From an uncultured Planctomycetota bacterium (lineage in GTDB: Bacteria; Planctomycetota; Planctomycetia; Gemmatales; Gemmataceae): DNA of 64,000 bases. Below, piece after piece: positions 1-14,259 of the stretch. Below the pieces are notes generated by a model. It saw only the letters and a program-made list of their open reading frames with translations, made no database searches and was not told where the DNA came from. A program made the position numbers and the translations under genes. Every line of letters starts with the position of its first letter. Position 1 is the first letter of the stretch. The DNA lies in assembly GCA_963849325.1 (NCBI GenBank), contig CAWKHF010000006.1, forward strand, positions 672,001-736,000, in the 5' to 3' direction.

Positions 1-566
1 ATGCCGCCGAGCCGCGCACGATCAAGATCCAAACTCTTTTCCAGGAGCGTTGTGCCAACTGCCACCAGGCGGGCGGCGAGGCCCAAAATTTCCCCCTGAC
101 GAACTTCGCCGAAATCAAGAAGTACACCACTGTGAAGACTGCCAGCGGCATGTCGCTGGAGAAACTGGCCCAGACGACACACGTTCACTTGCTCGGCTTC
201 TCGATGCTGTACGGCATGACCGGCCTCATCCTCGCCTTCAGCAGCTATCCGCGCTTTCTGCGTCTGCTGCTCTGCCCGCTGCCGCTCTTGGCGCAGGTGG
301 TGGACATCAGCTTGTGGTGGCTGGCCCGGCTGCCGGAACCGCAGGGACCGATGTACGCGCGGGCCATCGTCGTCAGCGGCGCCGTTGTCGCCGTCGGACT
401 GCTGCTGCACATCGTACTCGGACTGTTCAACCTGTTCAGCAAGAAGACGTGGCTGGTGCTGTTGCTGCTATTTGGCGCCGCCGGTTACGTCGGTCACACG
501 ACCAAGCTGCGCGTGATCGATCCGTTCATCGCGCAGGAGAAGACGCCGGCCAAGACAGCGGAATGA
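1..566 (+). CDS. Membrane protein with c-type heme motif (5'-truncated)
   Basis: The frame of ORF 132-566 is open back to the window start and reads ...QERCANCHQAGG (CxxCH), followed by about 4 hydrophobic helices. Confidence 0.6.
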   Translation, partial: AAEPRTIKIQTLFQERCANCHQAGGEAQNFPLTNFAEIKKYTTVKTASGMSLEKLAQTTHVHLLGFSMLYGMTGLILAFSSYPRFLRLLLCPLPLLAQVVDISLWWLARLPEPQGPMYARAIVVSGAVVAVGLLLHIVLGLFNLFSKKTWLVLLLLFGAAGYVGHTTKLRVIDPFIAQEKTPAKTAE

Positions 567-905
567 GCGGGGAAAATGTTTAGCGGCGGCTCACAGGGCC
601 GCGTTTTGAGCGCGTCCCCGCGACCCGCCGCAAAGAGCGTTCAGAAACAATGAGCAGAACTCCTGAAATCAAGCTACTTCCTTCGTTCTTTCTGATCGCT
701 CTGGGGGCAGTGGAGAGTCGAGGATCGGCACCCTACTCAACGCCTCCCCGGCCAAGAGGATCGAAGACGTCACCCTGCCCAAGACCTACGGCGACTTGGA
801 GGGCAAGCCCAAGACGCCCGAGGAGGCCCAGCGCCTTGCGCACCAGATGGGGACGCGAATAATGACGAACGGTAATCATATGTCCGCAGCGGTGCGGAGG
901 AATCG

Positions 906-2410
906 ATGGCTGAGCATACTGTCAATTACTTCATGTGGGGCTACCAGGAACACTACTGCGTCTCTGCCGAGCTTGAGGCCGAGCGACTGCTGAGCCGCCT
1001 GGACCCCCGCTTCCAACGCTGCAAGCCCAAGGTGTACTTGGTCGGTCGCCAGATCAACGAGCAGAAAGGGTTCCATCCCCTCTGCGTCGTCCCCGACGAC
1101 TGCCCGTACCAGCCCGAGACGTTCGCAGGGCTCGACCAACTCGCTGCGGAGTTGGAGGCAGCCGACCCTGAGAACAAAGTCTTACACTCCCACCAGCTCG
1201 CGCACGAGAATGCCCACCGGGCGTTGAAGCTCAGGGCGCTACGCCGGGCGGTCTTGCGGAAGATCGAGGCGGTAACCGACACGGAAGACACCCTCACGCG
1301 GATCTCCTGGCCCACGAAGGTGGATAACTACCTCGTGATGCTGGTGCTTCAGATTTCGCGGCCTATCTACGAATCGTACTACCGCCTCAGCCGGGATTAT
1401 GTGCAAGAGCGGACGACGGTGACCTATCACCGCGCCCCGTCGCTCCTGAGCGCTACGATCAATGAATACCTTGAAGCGTGCGCTACATTCCTCCACCGCC
1501 CGAACCCAGGCTCCGGCTTCAGGATCATCTCCGAGGACGAGGAGTTGTTGCGGGGGGCAGCCAAGGAACTGATGTACGGTCCGGCCTGGGCCGGCGGCAA
1601 TTTGCACGATCTACACGGCTTGTTCGAGGCGTGCAACACGATCTCGACCCTGAAGTACGAGGGCAAAGAGGGTGTTGGGCGCCTCGTCCTCGCGCGCCCC
1701 GATCACCCGGCCCTGCGGGTCGATCTCGAACTGTTGTCGCCCGTCTCGCTCCGCGACTATGGCGCGGTGCGTAAGCTCCTCCAACTCGCCATCGGCGATC
1801 AGTGCCTGCTCTGCGACTCCGCAGCGATCTACGGTGTAGGTGTCGTCCTCGACAGCTACAACGCCAGCGAAGAGAATCTGTTCGTCATCCGGTTCACGAA
1901 GAACTTCATGTGGGATCTGTCTCACGCCGGGAACCCGCTTATGTACATGCGGTACGGCCCTAGTGGATCTCGATGGCACCTGCCACGCCATCGGCGTCAT
2001 CCTGGACGGGCAGGCCCACCGCCACTGCACTCCGTCCCGCGGTGCCCGCTACAACTCCGCGGTGCGGTACGCCTACGGGCGGAAGGACTGCATGGTCGTG
2101 GTCAAGTCTGAGGACGGCATGGTGAACCTCTTCCCGTCGCTCAGACCGCAAATCAGCCGAGCCAAACTTAATGCCACGCTGGCGCGGCTGCGCCCTGGCC
2201 GAGGCGAAGGTCGCGGACGAGGCGGAGCTGAACCTGGCCATGCACTGGCTGCACGACCACCGCTTCTACCTCTCAGTGGCCCAATGCGAAGAAGTGAACA
2301 GGCTGAACCAGGAAGCGGCGAAGCGCCTGCCATCCGATGCCTGGCGTATCGTGTATGATGTGTTCGAGCCGGACGAGGAGATGAACGACTCTTACTTCCT
2401 GCCAGAATGA
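906..2410 (+). pseudogene. Diadenylate cyclase (DisA_N/DAC)-family protein with long N-terminal region, disrupted
   Basis: Three frames join: 906-~1958, then ALVDLDGTCHAIGVILDG...SRGARYNSAVRY...VVVKSEDGMVNLF (DAC-like core), then 2171-2410. No DGA motif is visible at the first junction. Confidence 0.6.
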
Positions 2411-2556
2411 TGCGTCAGTGCAGCCGGTGCGTGTCCTGTCTATTAATGGTTGTCAGATTCTATACCAAGAGCATTCGGAAAAAACGAAGGGAGTGGCTTG
2501 ATTTCAAGGATTCCCGCTCATCGTTTCCGAACGCTCTAAACAGGAACGGATCGTCG

Positions 2557-2796
2557 TCACGGCGGATCGAAACCGCCCTGGCAGAACGGATTGCAGCGAC
2601 AGATGCGCCAGGCGCCCTTGCAGGCGCCGCGCAGTGGGCCGTACTTGTGGACCGCCTCGATGAAGTATTCACTGCAACTGGGGTGGAAACGGCACACCGC
2701 CGGCAGGATCGGCCGCAGACAGACCTGGTAGCCGCGCACGCCGCCGATGAGCACGGTTGCCAGAGCGAAACGCAGCCATTCCCGCAGATGGCTCAT
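2557..2796 (-). CDS. yidD: Membrane protein insertion efficiency factor YidD
   Basis: YQ...CRFHPSCSEY...RICRCNPF..GGFDP signature; overlaps the rnpA stop. Confidence 0.95.
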   Translation of the reverse strand: MSHLREWLRFALATVLIGGVRGYQVCLRPILPAVCRFHPSCSEYFIEAVHKYGPLRGACKGAWRICRCNPFCQGGFDPP

Positions 2797-3161
2797 GACT
2801 TCTCGGCCTCGCGCTCCAGCTTGCGGGCTACCTGACGGACCAGGCGCGGCAGCGAATGCTTCAGTTCCACCAGCGTCGGCGGCTCCGGCCGTCGCGGGAT
2901 GAGGATCAAATCGAAACCTACCGGCATCTCGTGCCGTGTCAGGCGAAACGCTTCGCGGTACAAGCGGCGCAGCCGATTGCGCTGCACGGCGCCGCCCACC
3001 TTGCGCGACACCGACAGGCCCACGCGCAGATAGGACAGGCCGTTCTCACAAGCGTAGACGATGAGCAGGCCGTCGCTGACCGAGCGGCGCCGATCGTAGA
3101 CGCGGCGGAAGTCGGCGGTGCGGCGCAAGTGCTCGTGCTTGCGGAAACGAAATGAAGGCAT
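2793..3161 (-). CDS. rnpA: Ribonuclease P protein component
   Basis: RVGLSVSRKVGGAVQRNRLRRLYRE (RNR motif). Confidence 0.95.
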   Translation of the reverse strand: MPSFRFRKHEHLRRTADFRRVYDRRRSVSDGLLIVYACENGLSYLRVGLSVSRKVGGAVQRNRLRRLYREAFRLTRHEMPVGFDLILIPRRPEPPTLVELKHSLPRLVRQVARKLEREAEKS

Positions 3162-3170
3162 AGTCTCAAA

Positions 3171-3251
3171 AGTTCTGAGTTCTGAGTTCTGAGTTCTGAG
3201 TTCTGAGTTCTGTGCTTTTCACTCAGAACTCAGAACTCAGAACTCAGAACT
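3171..3251. repeat. Inverted heptamer array: (AGTTCTG)6 then (CAGAACT)4
   Basis: Read directly; forms a hairpin between the DnaJ-class gene stop and rnpA. Confidence 0.9.
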
Positions 3252-4147
3252 TACTCTTGCCACGGCACATTCGCGCGTGGGTCTTGTGGATTCAGACGCG
3301 CGAACTCCTCGATAAGTTCGCGGCTGCGCTCGTCGGCCGGCTTCGGCACGACGATCTTGATCTCGATGAACTGATCGCCGCCGGCGATGCCCTTACCGCG
3401 CAGGCGCAACCTCGCTCCACTCGACGTACCGGGCGGCACCTTGACGGTCAGGTGCGTGCCGTCCAGCGTCGGCACGTCCACCTTGGCGCCCAGGATCGCC
3501 TCGGCGACGGAGATCGGCACGTCCACAAGGACGTTGTTGCCTTCGCGGCGAAAATAAGAATGCGGCTCGATCCGGATGCGGACGAGCAGGTCGCCGCCGC
3601 CCGGACCTTGGCCGCCCAGGCGGAGCTTCTTGCCTTCCTCGACGCCGGCCGGCACCTTGAGGTCAATCTGTCGGCCGTCCACCGACAGCGAAATCGTGCC
3701 GCCCAGGGCCGCTTTCAGGAAGGGGACAGCGACCTCGGCTTCGGCCGTCTCCGCCGGCCGGGCCGCACGTCCTCGCCCTCGACCGCGCCGGCCGAACATG
3801 CCTCCCAGGTCGGCCCCTCCGCCAAAGGCGCCGAAGATGCTGGCGAGGTCTTCGGGGTTGACGCCCTGGAACTCGAAGCCCTGTCCGCCACCTTCGGCGC
3901 GGAACGGCCCCTGACCGCCGGCGCCGCCCGGCCCGGCGAAGCCGAAGCGGTCGTACTGCGTGCGTTTGTTCTTGTCGCTGAGGACGTCGTAGGCTTCCTG
4001 CACTTCCTTGAAATGCGCTTCGGCCTGCTTGTCGCCGGGGTTGCGGTCGGGGTGATACTGGCGGGCGAGCTTGCGATACGCCTTCTTGATGTCGCTCTCG
4101 GAGGCATCGCGGCCGACGCCCAGCACCTCGTAATAATCGCGCGGCAT
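3251..4147 (-). CDS. DnaJ-class chaperone without zinc finger (CbpA-like)
   Basis: J domain RDYYEVLG...YHPD, G/F-rich linker, DnaJ C-terminal domain, no CxxCxGxG repeats; start taken at ATG 4147. Confidence 0.9.
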   Translation of the reverse strand: MPRDYYEVLGVGRDASESDIKKAYRKLARQYHPDRNPGDKQAEAHFKEVQEAYDVLSDKNKRTQYDRFGFAGPGGAGGQGPFRAEGGGQGFEFQGVNPEDLASIFGAFGGGADLGGMFGRRGRGRGRAARPAETAEAEVAVPFLKAALGGTISLSVDGRQIDLKVPAGVEEGKKLRLGGQGPGGGDLLVRIRIEPHSYFRREGNNVLVDVPISVAEAILGAKVDVPTLDGTHLTVKVPPGTSSGARLRLRGKGIAGGDQFIEIKIVVPKPADERSRELIEEFARLNPQDPRANVPWQE

Positions 4148-4277
4148 GGTTGCTTGGCCTGACTGCGAGGGAAGCGAAACCTGTGTTATTCTAGCGCCGG
4201 TCGTACTACAAGCCCAGAGCGTCCGCGAGGGTGCTTCTACCCGTCGCGGACACTCCGGGCTTGTGGGAAAACCATTT

Positions 4278-5640
4278 CTAAGCCAGCCCTTCCTCACGCA
4301 GCAAATCGAGCGTATCGGCCACCGCCGCGACGGTTTTCTCCACGTCCGCCTCGGTGTGGGCGGCCGTCGTCATGCCCGCCAGTCCCGGCAGATCGACGCC
4401 GTGCAGCAGCATTCCCTGGCGGAAGGCGTGCGCCAGCCGCGCATTGCGGATGCCGCTCGAGCTTGTCCAGCGCTCCGCCGTAGGGGAGGAAGTCGTCGCC
4501 GTCCGGCCTCGGTCCCTGGTAGCCGGGCAGCAGCTGGAAGCCGGAGAATTCGCCGTAGGCCGCCCAGTTCGCGCCGCGCTCGGCGAACAGAGCGTTGAGC
4601 CGTTGCCGTAACTGCTGGGCGATGGCGTTGGCGCGGCGGCACGGTTCGCCGTCGGCGACGATCCGCAGGGTGGTGATGCCGGCCGCCGCCGACAGCGGGT
4701 TGGCGTTGAACGTGCCGGGATGGCGCATCTTCGGCTTGCCCGGCCGAAACTCCAGGTACTCCAGGACGTCGCCGCGGCCGGCCACGCAGCCACCCGGCAG
4801 ACCGCCGGCCAAAATCTTCGCCATCGTCGTCAGGTCCGGCTTGATGCCGTAATGTCCCTGGGCGCCGCCCGGCGCGACGCGGAAGCCGGTGATGACCTCA
4901 TCGAAAATCAGCAGACGGTCGAGTCGTGTCGTCAATTCGCGCAGGCCGTGGAGGAACGGGCCGCGCACCGGCACTTGTCCCCAGTGTCCGCCCGTCGGTT
5001 CGAGGATGACGCAGCCGATCCGCGCATCGTCGCGCAGGGTGCGTTCGACCGCGTCGAGGTCGTTGGGCGGGATGATGACGGTGTGTTGCGACACCTCGCC
5101 CGGAATGCCGGGCACGGCGGCGTCGTGCGGAACGTCGGCGCCGGGGATGAGGAAGTCGTTCCAGCCGTGGAAGTGGCCGGCGAACTTGAGGACGCGCGGC
5201 CGGCCGGTGAAGATGCGCGCCAGCCGCAGGGCCATCAGCGTCGCCTCGGTCCCCGAGGACACGAAACGCACGCGCTCCGCCGACGGCACCAGTCGCTGTA
5301 CCCATCGGCCCCATTCGATCTCGCCTTCGTGGCAGGCGCCGGGGTGCGTCGCCTTCTCCATCTGCCGCTGCACCGCCTCGACCACCGCCGGATGACCGTG
5401 GCCCAGCAGCAGCGCTCCGTGGCCGGACCAGAAGTCGATCAGCTCGCGGCCCTCCACGGTCCACTTGTGTCCGCCGTGCGCGCGATCGATGTAGACGGGG
5501 AACGGCGTCAAGTGGCGCAGGTCGTGCGTGACGCCGTTGGGAAAGATGTTACGGGCCTGCTCGTGCAGCTTCTGCGAGCGCGGGAAGGCCGCCGCGTAAC
5601 GCTCGGTCAGCGACGGACGGGACAGCGTGGCCTGCGACAT
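4278..5640 (-). CDS. Class III PLP aminotransferase (glutamate-1-semialdehyde aminomutase-like); frameshift near 4455
   Basis: [41 protein letters not shown]-terminus continues in ORF 4278-4793. Confidence 0.85.
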
Positions 5641-5671
5641 GAATACTTCTCCGGGGATGAAAAAGAGGCGG

Positions 5672-5938
5672 TCATGACTCCACCAACTCGTAGGTGCCGC
5701 CGCCGGCTTTTTTGAGCTTGCCCTGCTTGACCAACTCGTCCCAGACGCTTGGTGGAAACGGATAGGGCGGCGTGATCGCCACGATGCGGGCGCGGTTGGG
5801 ACTGAGGGGTCCGCCGCCCAGCTTCGATTCCTCGTCCAGCTGCGTGAGCTTGAGACGTTTGCGGAACGCCTTCAGGGCTTGCTTGAGTTCCTGCGCCGTC
5901 GGCGTTCCTCCCGCCGAGGAAGAATCGGACGTGGACAT
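5672..5938 (-). CDS. Small hypothetical protein
   Basis: 88-aa ORF with GGAGGAG RBS and plausible composition. Confidence 0.7.
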   Translation of the reverse strand: MSTSDSSSAGGTPTAQELKQALKAFRKRLKLTQLDEESKLGGGPLSPNRARIVAITPPYPFPPSVWDELVKQGKLKKAGGGTYELVES

Positions 5939-5971
5939 GATCTCCTCCCACCTGGGTCGAGCGAGCGGACC

Positions 5972-6031
5972 CCCGAGCCGCGACCGTCAGGGAGCGGTGC
6001 TTTCTCCGCTCCCTGACGGTCGCGGCTCGGG
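5972..6031. repeat. REP-like palindrome, family A (GAGCCGCGACCGTMAGGGAGCGG)
   Basis: 26-bp perfect inverted repeat with an 8-nt loop; related copies at 17341, 32080, 38512 and 41657. Confidence 0.9.
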
Positions 6032-6060
6032 ATGTCCGCTCGCTCTTATCCTACTCGGTT

Positions 6061-7293
6061 TCACGGCGCCAGGAACCACGGTTTCGCCGTCGAATCGTTT
6101 TTGAAAAACCGCAAAAGCTGCTCGGCCACCTTTCGCCGCCCCGACGCGGACGGATGCGTACCGTCTCCGGCGAAATCCTCTTCGTCGTAGGACAGTCCGT
6201 CCGCTCGTTTGCTCTTGCCGTTGACCCACAGATACGGACCCCAGCTCAGCCACGGTGCCTTGACCTCGCCCTTGGCCGGGTCGTAATTCAGCTCCGCCTC
6301 GCCCTTAATCTGCCGTTCGATCAGCCACTTCACCGAGAAACCGGATTCATAGGCGTATGGCTCCGGGTTGAGCGGCGTTCGCGCATAGCCGGCGAAGATG
6401 CGGCTCGACAGATACACCATCTTCAGGTTAGGGAAGCGCTGGTGCATCAGCCGGACGATGTTCGCCAGCTCCGCCTGGAGCGTCCGAGCGTACTTGGGGA
6501 AGCCCTCGCGAGGTCCGGCGTCGGCCTCCTTGAGCCAGGCGATCTGCACTTGCTCCCGGCCCACCTTCTGGTCCTGAAGACGCCGATCGACGGTGTTCCA
6601 GAATTGCCTGCCGCGCGGCCCGTCCACGTTCTGAATCGCCGCCGCCGTCATACCGCCCTGTGCGCCATCGACGAGAACGAGCTGAGGATTCTTGTCCCTG
6701 TCCTTATTGGCGAGCTGCTGGAACATCGAGAATTCCTGCGTCGTGTTGCTCATGCCCACCGACAGCAGCACGATCTTGCCGTCCGCTGACGGCTTGCCAT
6801 CCGGGTCGAGCGGCCGCACCTGCTTCGCCAACGCCAATCCCGCTTTCTCGTGCCCGGCGGGTCGTTCGTTTTGGCCGTCGGGGTACAGACCTCCCGCGAA
6901 ACCCTTGTACTCGTCCTTGCCCATCTCCATCAGCGATTTCAGCCTGGAGACGTCCACCTTCGGCATCGGCGGGGCCGCGGCCGGAGGGCCACCGAGTTTC
7001 AATCCCAGCAGCACGTCCTTGCCGTCTTTCCGCACGATCTTGAACATCACCGCGGTGCCGGCCCGGAGCCGTTTGTCGGCCAGGCGCTCTTTGATCGGCT
7101 GCCCCCTCTCGTCCATGAATCGAGCGCTGTCGGGCACCGCGATCGCGTAATCCTTGCCTTCGGACGTGATAACGATGGACCTTTTGTCGGGATCGATGGT
7201 CTTGATCTTGCCGCGCTGAATGCCGTCCTGGGCCAGCAAGCCGCCGGCGCAGAGGAGACAGCCGGCCACGACGGCAGCGAATAAGCGACGCAT
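6061..7293 (-). CDS. Secreted SGNH/GDSL-like hydrolase with small N-terminal beta domain
   Basis: Signal peptide; LLSVGMSNT (block I-like), GAQGG, and DGTHPS (block V DxxH). Confidence 0.55.
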   Translation of the reverse strand: MRRLFAAVVAGCLLCAGGLLAQDGIQRGKIKTIDPDKRSIVITSEGKDYAIAVPDSARFMDERGQPIKERLADKRLRAGTAVMFKIVRKDGKDVLLGLKLGGPPAAAPPMPKVDVSRLKSLMEMGKDEYKGFAGGLYPDGQNERPAGHEKAGLALAKQVRPLDPDGKPSADGKIVLLSVGMSNTTQEFSMFQQLANKDRDKNPQLVLVDGAQGGMTAAAIQNVDGPRGRQFWNTVDRRLQDQKVGREQVQIAWLKEADAGPREGFPKYARTLQAELANIVRLMHQRFPNLKMVYLSSRIFAGYARTPLNPEPYAYESGFSVKWLIERQIKGEAELNYDPAKGEVKAPWLSWGPYLWVNGKSKRADGLSYDEEDFAGDGTHPSASGRRKVAEQLLRFFKNDSTAKPWFLAP

Positions 7294-7326
7294 GACAATC
7301 TCCTTCGTGCCAGGATGAGCGAACGA

Positions 7327-11357
<4,031 letters not shown>

Positions 11358-11644
11358 GGCGTGCCATCTTCCGCCCGGGCGCCCGGCCGCTCACGGAACG
11401 AAGAGGTGTACCCCTCACGAGGAAACGGAGGGCCGGGGCAGTGCCTGACGTCCCGGATTGCTCCTGGAGCTTACACCCCGCCGGACAGGGACGCAACCGA
11501 AAAGCCCGCGGAGAAGAAGGGAGGGGACCGCGACCGTTCCCTGGCGTCGAGAAAAGAACGATGCTGTCACCCGGACTTCACGAAAATAGGTGACATCCTG
11601 CGCGGTGATACGACCTCGGCAAGAAAGGAAGGTCGTCCGAGCCT

Positions 11645-11701
11645 GAAGCGTGAGCGAAGAGTACGACAACCTTCGGTTGTCGTACTCTTCGCTCACGCTT
11701 C
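11645..11701. repeat. REP-like palindrome, family B, with a cTTCGg loop; possible terminator of the 11722-12231 gene
   Basis: Long perfect stem about 20 nt downstream of the stop codon. Confidence 0.75.
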
Positions 11702-11721
11702 TCGGACAAGTGCGAGGAAGA

Positions 11722-12231
11722 CTATCGATCAGCCGTCGTCGTCTGCGCGAGATAATCGTGCAGCTCAGAGCCGCCGTGATCGCGGAGGACGTCGCGCGCC
11801 TCGTCCGAGCGCCCGATCTGGCGGACGATCACCAGGGTCCGCCCCTGATCGATGGCGTGGGAGTAATGGTTGGCGTCTTCCTCGGAAATCTCCATGGCGA
11901 GGAAGGGGCCGAGGAAGGTGCCGCCGGCGGCGCCGAGAGCGGCCCCGCCAATGCCGCCGAGAAGCGTGCCGACACCCGGCAGCAGCGAGCCGGCCACGGC
12001 CCCAGCCACGGCGCCGGCGCCGGCGCCGGCCACGGCCCCCGTCGTCGCGCCCTCGGACGCATCCTTTTGGAATTGCAATCGCGGCGTGCCCGGAACGACG
12101 CCCATGCGCCGATTGGCCATGTCGATGCGATCCGGCGCGAAGCCGGCCCGCCACAAGGCCGAGACCGCTTGCTCCGCCTGGGCCTCCTGATCGAAGACAC
12201 CGATCACCAGATCTTTTCTGGATTCCATCAT
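11722..12231 (-). CDS. Glycine-zipper membrane protein (general stress protein-like)
   Basis: VIGVFD...AEQAVSAL..AGF, a GxxxG-rich helix pair, EEDANHY..AIDQGRTLVIV. Confidence 0.7.
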   Translation of the reverse strand: MMESRKDLVIGVFDQEAQAEQAVSALWRAGFAPDRIDMANRRMGVVPGTPRLQFQKDASEGATTGAVAGAGAGAVAGAVAGSLLPGVGTLLGGIGGAALGAAGGTFLGPFLAMEISEEDANHYSHAIDQGRTLVIVRQIGRSDEARDVLRDHGGSELHDYLAQTTTADR

Positions 12232-12382
12232 GATCCGTCCCCTCGGGTTGTCTCTTGCTTAACGCCGCGCCAGGCGCGGGGAGGAAGGAACGTCCTTCCT
12301 GTATCCAGTGAGCAAAACGGATGCCGGTTGTCCATCGACGGCCGCGCCGCTACCATGCTCGCAAGCCCAGGAGTTCCCACGC

Positions 12383-13186
12383 ATGAATCCTCCGCCGACG
12401 ATCCTGATAACCGGCGCCGCCGGCAACATGGGCACCAAGCTGCGCCGGCACTGGCAAGGACGCTATCCGTTGCGCCTGCTGGACCGCGACCCGCGCGGCG
12501 ACGGCGACATCGTCGCCGCCGACCTCGCCCGCTGGGATGCGCACTGGCTCGATCGCTTCCGCGGCGCCGACGTGGTCGTCCACCTGGCCGCCGATCCGAC
12601 GGCGCAGCAGACCTGGTCCAACGTCCTCGGTCCGAACGTCGATGCCCTCATTAACGTCTTCCAGGCGGCGGCGCAGGCCGGCGTGAAGCGCCTGATTTAC
12701 GCCAGCTCCAACCACGTCATGGGCGGTTACAAGGACGATCCCGAACCGGTCCGGCTAACGACCGACCTGCCGCCGCGTCCGGGAGCGCGCTACCTTGTCG
12801 AGGGCGAGGCGCGCGACAGCACGCCCTACGGCTCGGCCAAGCTGTTCGGCGAACGCCTGGGCCGCTGTTACGCCGAGGCGTTCGGCCTGTCGATGCTGGC
12901 CGTCCGCTTCGGCTGGGTGCGGCCCGGAGACAACCGCTCGCAGGACATCCCCGCCACGCGCGAAGCGTGGTTCCGGCTCATGTGGCTGTCCAACCGCGAT
13001 TATCTTCACCTAATGGATTGCTGTCTGAACGTCGAACCTGCTCTGCGCTTCGCCGTCCTTCACGGCATGTCGGCCAACACCGGCATGCGCTGGGACCTGG
13101 AGTCCACTCGCCGGCTTGTCGGCTATCAACCGCTCGACGACGTGACGCGCGCCATTCCTGGAGCGCCGAGCGTTTGCGTACAATGA
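12383..13186 (+). CDS. NAD-dependent epimerase/dehydratase (uronate dehydrogenase-like SDR)
   Basis: ILITGAAGNMG, VVHLAA, YASSNH, YGSAK. Confidence 0.85.
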   Translation: MNPPPTILITGAAGNMGTKLRRHWQGRYPLRLLDRDPRGDGDIVAADLARWDAHWLDRFRGADVVVHLAADPTAQQTWSNVLGPNVDALINVFQAAAQAGVKRLIYASSNHVMGGYKDDPEPVRLTTDLPPRPGARYLVEGEARDSTPYGSAKLFGERLGRCYAEAFGLSMLAVRFGWVRPGDNRSQDIPATREAWFRLMWLSNRDYLHLMDCCLNVEPALRFAVLHGMSANTGMRWDLESTRRLVGYQPLDDVTRAIPGAPSVCVQ

Positions 13187-13236
13187 CAGGAGGACGTTGG
13201 CCGTCCGGTTCGAGGACAACCCTTTATCGAGGCATT

Positions 13237-14217
13237 ATGGCCGTTACGCGCAATGGCTCTTTCCGCCTGTTCCGCCTGGCTGGGATCGATGTCTATTTGC
13301 ACTGGTCCTGGCTGCTGGTGGCCTTCTTCCAGGTCCAGTATCGCGGACAATTCGTTCACTACGAGAGGCCGATCTGGGGCTTGATCGAGTACCTGTCGTT
13401 GTTCGGCATCGTCCTGATGCACGAGTTCGGCCACGCCCTGGCCTGCCGTCAGGTGGGTGGCTTCGCCAACTACATCGTACTGTGGCCGCTGGGCGGCATC
13501 GCCTACGTCAACCCGCCGCCTCGGCCGGCGGCCGTCCTGTGGAGCATCGCCGCCGGGCCGCTGGTCAACGTCCTTCTCGTCCCGGTGACGGTCGGCCTAT
13601 GGGTCCTCAGTGCCACGCTCGGCTGGGAAGCGATTCACCCCGACCTGGCCCTGTTCCTGCAAACGCTCTTGTGGATCAACACGGGCTTGCTGATTTTCAA
13701 CATGCTGCCGGTCTACCCTCTTGACGGCGGCCAGATCCTGCAAGCGCTGTTGTGGTTCGGAATCGGCCGGGCCGGCAGCTTGATGGTAGTGAGCATCATC
13801 GGCATGGTGGTGGGCGGCGGTGTGCTGTTCCTGGCCCTGCTCAGCCCCCTCCTCGGCATTGAGGGGACGTTGTGGCTGGGCATCCTGGCCGCTTTCGTGG
13901 TGTTCCGCGCCGTCATCGGTTTTCAGCAGGCGCGCGTACTGTCGCGCGTGCTGAGCGGCCCACGGCACCCCGACGCCGCCTGCCCTTCCTGCGGAACACC
14001 CCCGTTGGTCGGCAATTACTGGGTCTGCGACGAGTGCGGCGAGCGCTTCGACACGTTCAAGCACCGTGCCCAGTGTCCCGGTTGCGGCAAACTGTTCCGC
14101 ATCACACGCTGTCCGGACTGCTACAAGCAGCATCCGATCGACGAATGGTTCGCCTCGCCGCTGCCGACGGATGATTCTCCCTCTTATGATCCCGAGCGGG
14201 GGACGTCAGTCCCCTGA
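13237..14217 (+). CDS. Site-2 protease (M50) with C-terminal Cys-rich zinc ribbons
   Basis: HEFGH, AGPLVN, FNMLPVYPLDGG; C-terminal CPSC/CDEC/CPGC/CPDC. Confidence 0.9.
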   Translation: MAVTRNGSFRLFRLAGIDVYLHWSWLLVAFFQVQYRGQFVHYERPIWGLIEYLSLFGIVLMHEFGHALACRQVGGFANYIVLWPLGGIAYVNPPPRPAAVLWSIAAGPLVNVLLVPVTVGLWVLSATLGWEAIHPDLALFLQTLLWINTGLLIFNMLPVYPLDGGQILQALLWFGIGRAGSLMVVSIIGMVVGGGVLFLALLSPLLGIEGTLWLGILAAFVVFRAVIGFQQARVLSRVLSGPRHPDAACPSCGTPPLVGNYWVCDECGERFDTFKHRAQCPGCGKLFRITRCPDCYKQHPIDEWFASPLPTDDSPSYDPERGTSVP

Positions 14218-14249
14218 GCTTTCCCTCAGGGGGCTGACGCCCCCCGCTC
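14194..14249. repeat. REP-like palindrome overlapping the site-2 protease stop, between convergent genes
   Basis: GAGCGGGGGACGTCAGTCCCCTGAG / CTCAGGGGGCTGACGCCCCCCGCTC. Confidence 0.75.
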
Positions 14250-14259
14250 CGAGCGTCCA

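Noticed and set aside
650-900. Short ORFs upstream of the DAC-like gene (IEDVTLPKTYGDLEGKPKTPEEAQ...)
   Set aside because: May be a gene remnant, but there is no recognisable motif or clear start
3171-3251. Possible CRISPR array in the short repeats (also 28588, 63643)
   Set aside because: Units are 7-9 nt in tandem with no spacers, and there are no cas genes
4278-5640. Assigning hemL
   Set aside because: Family is clear but orthology is not; no tetrapyrrole gene context
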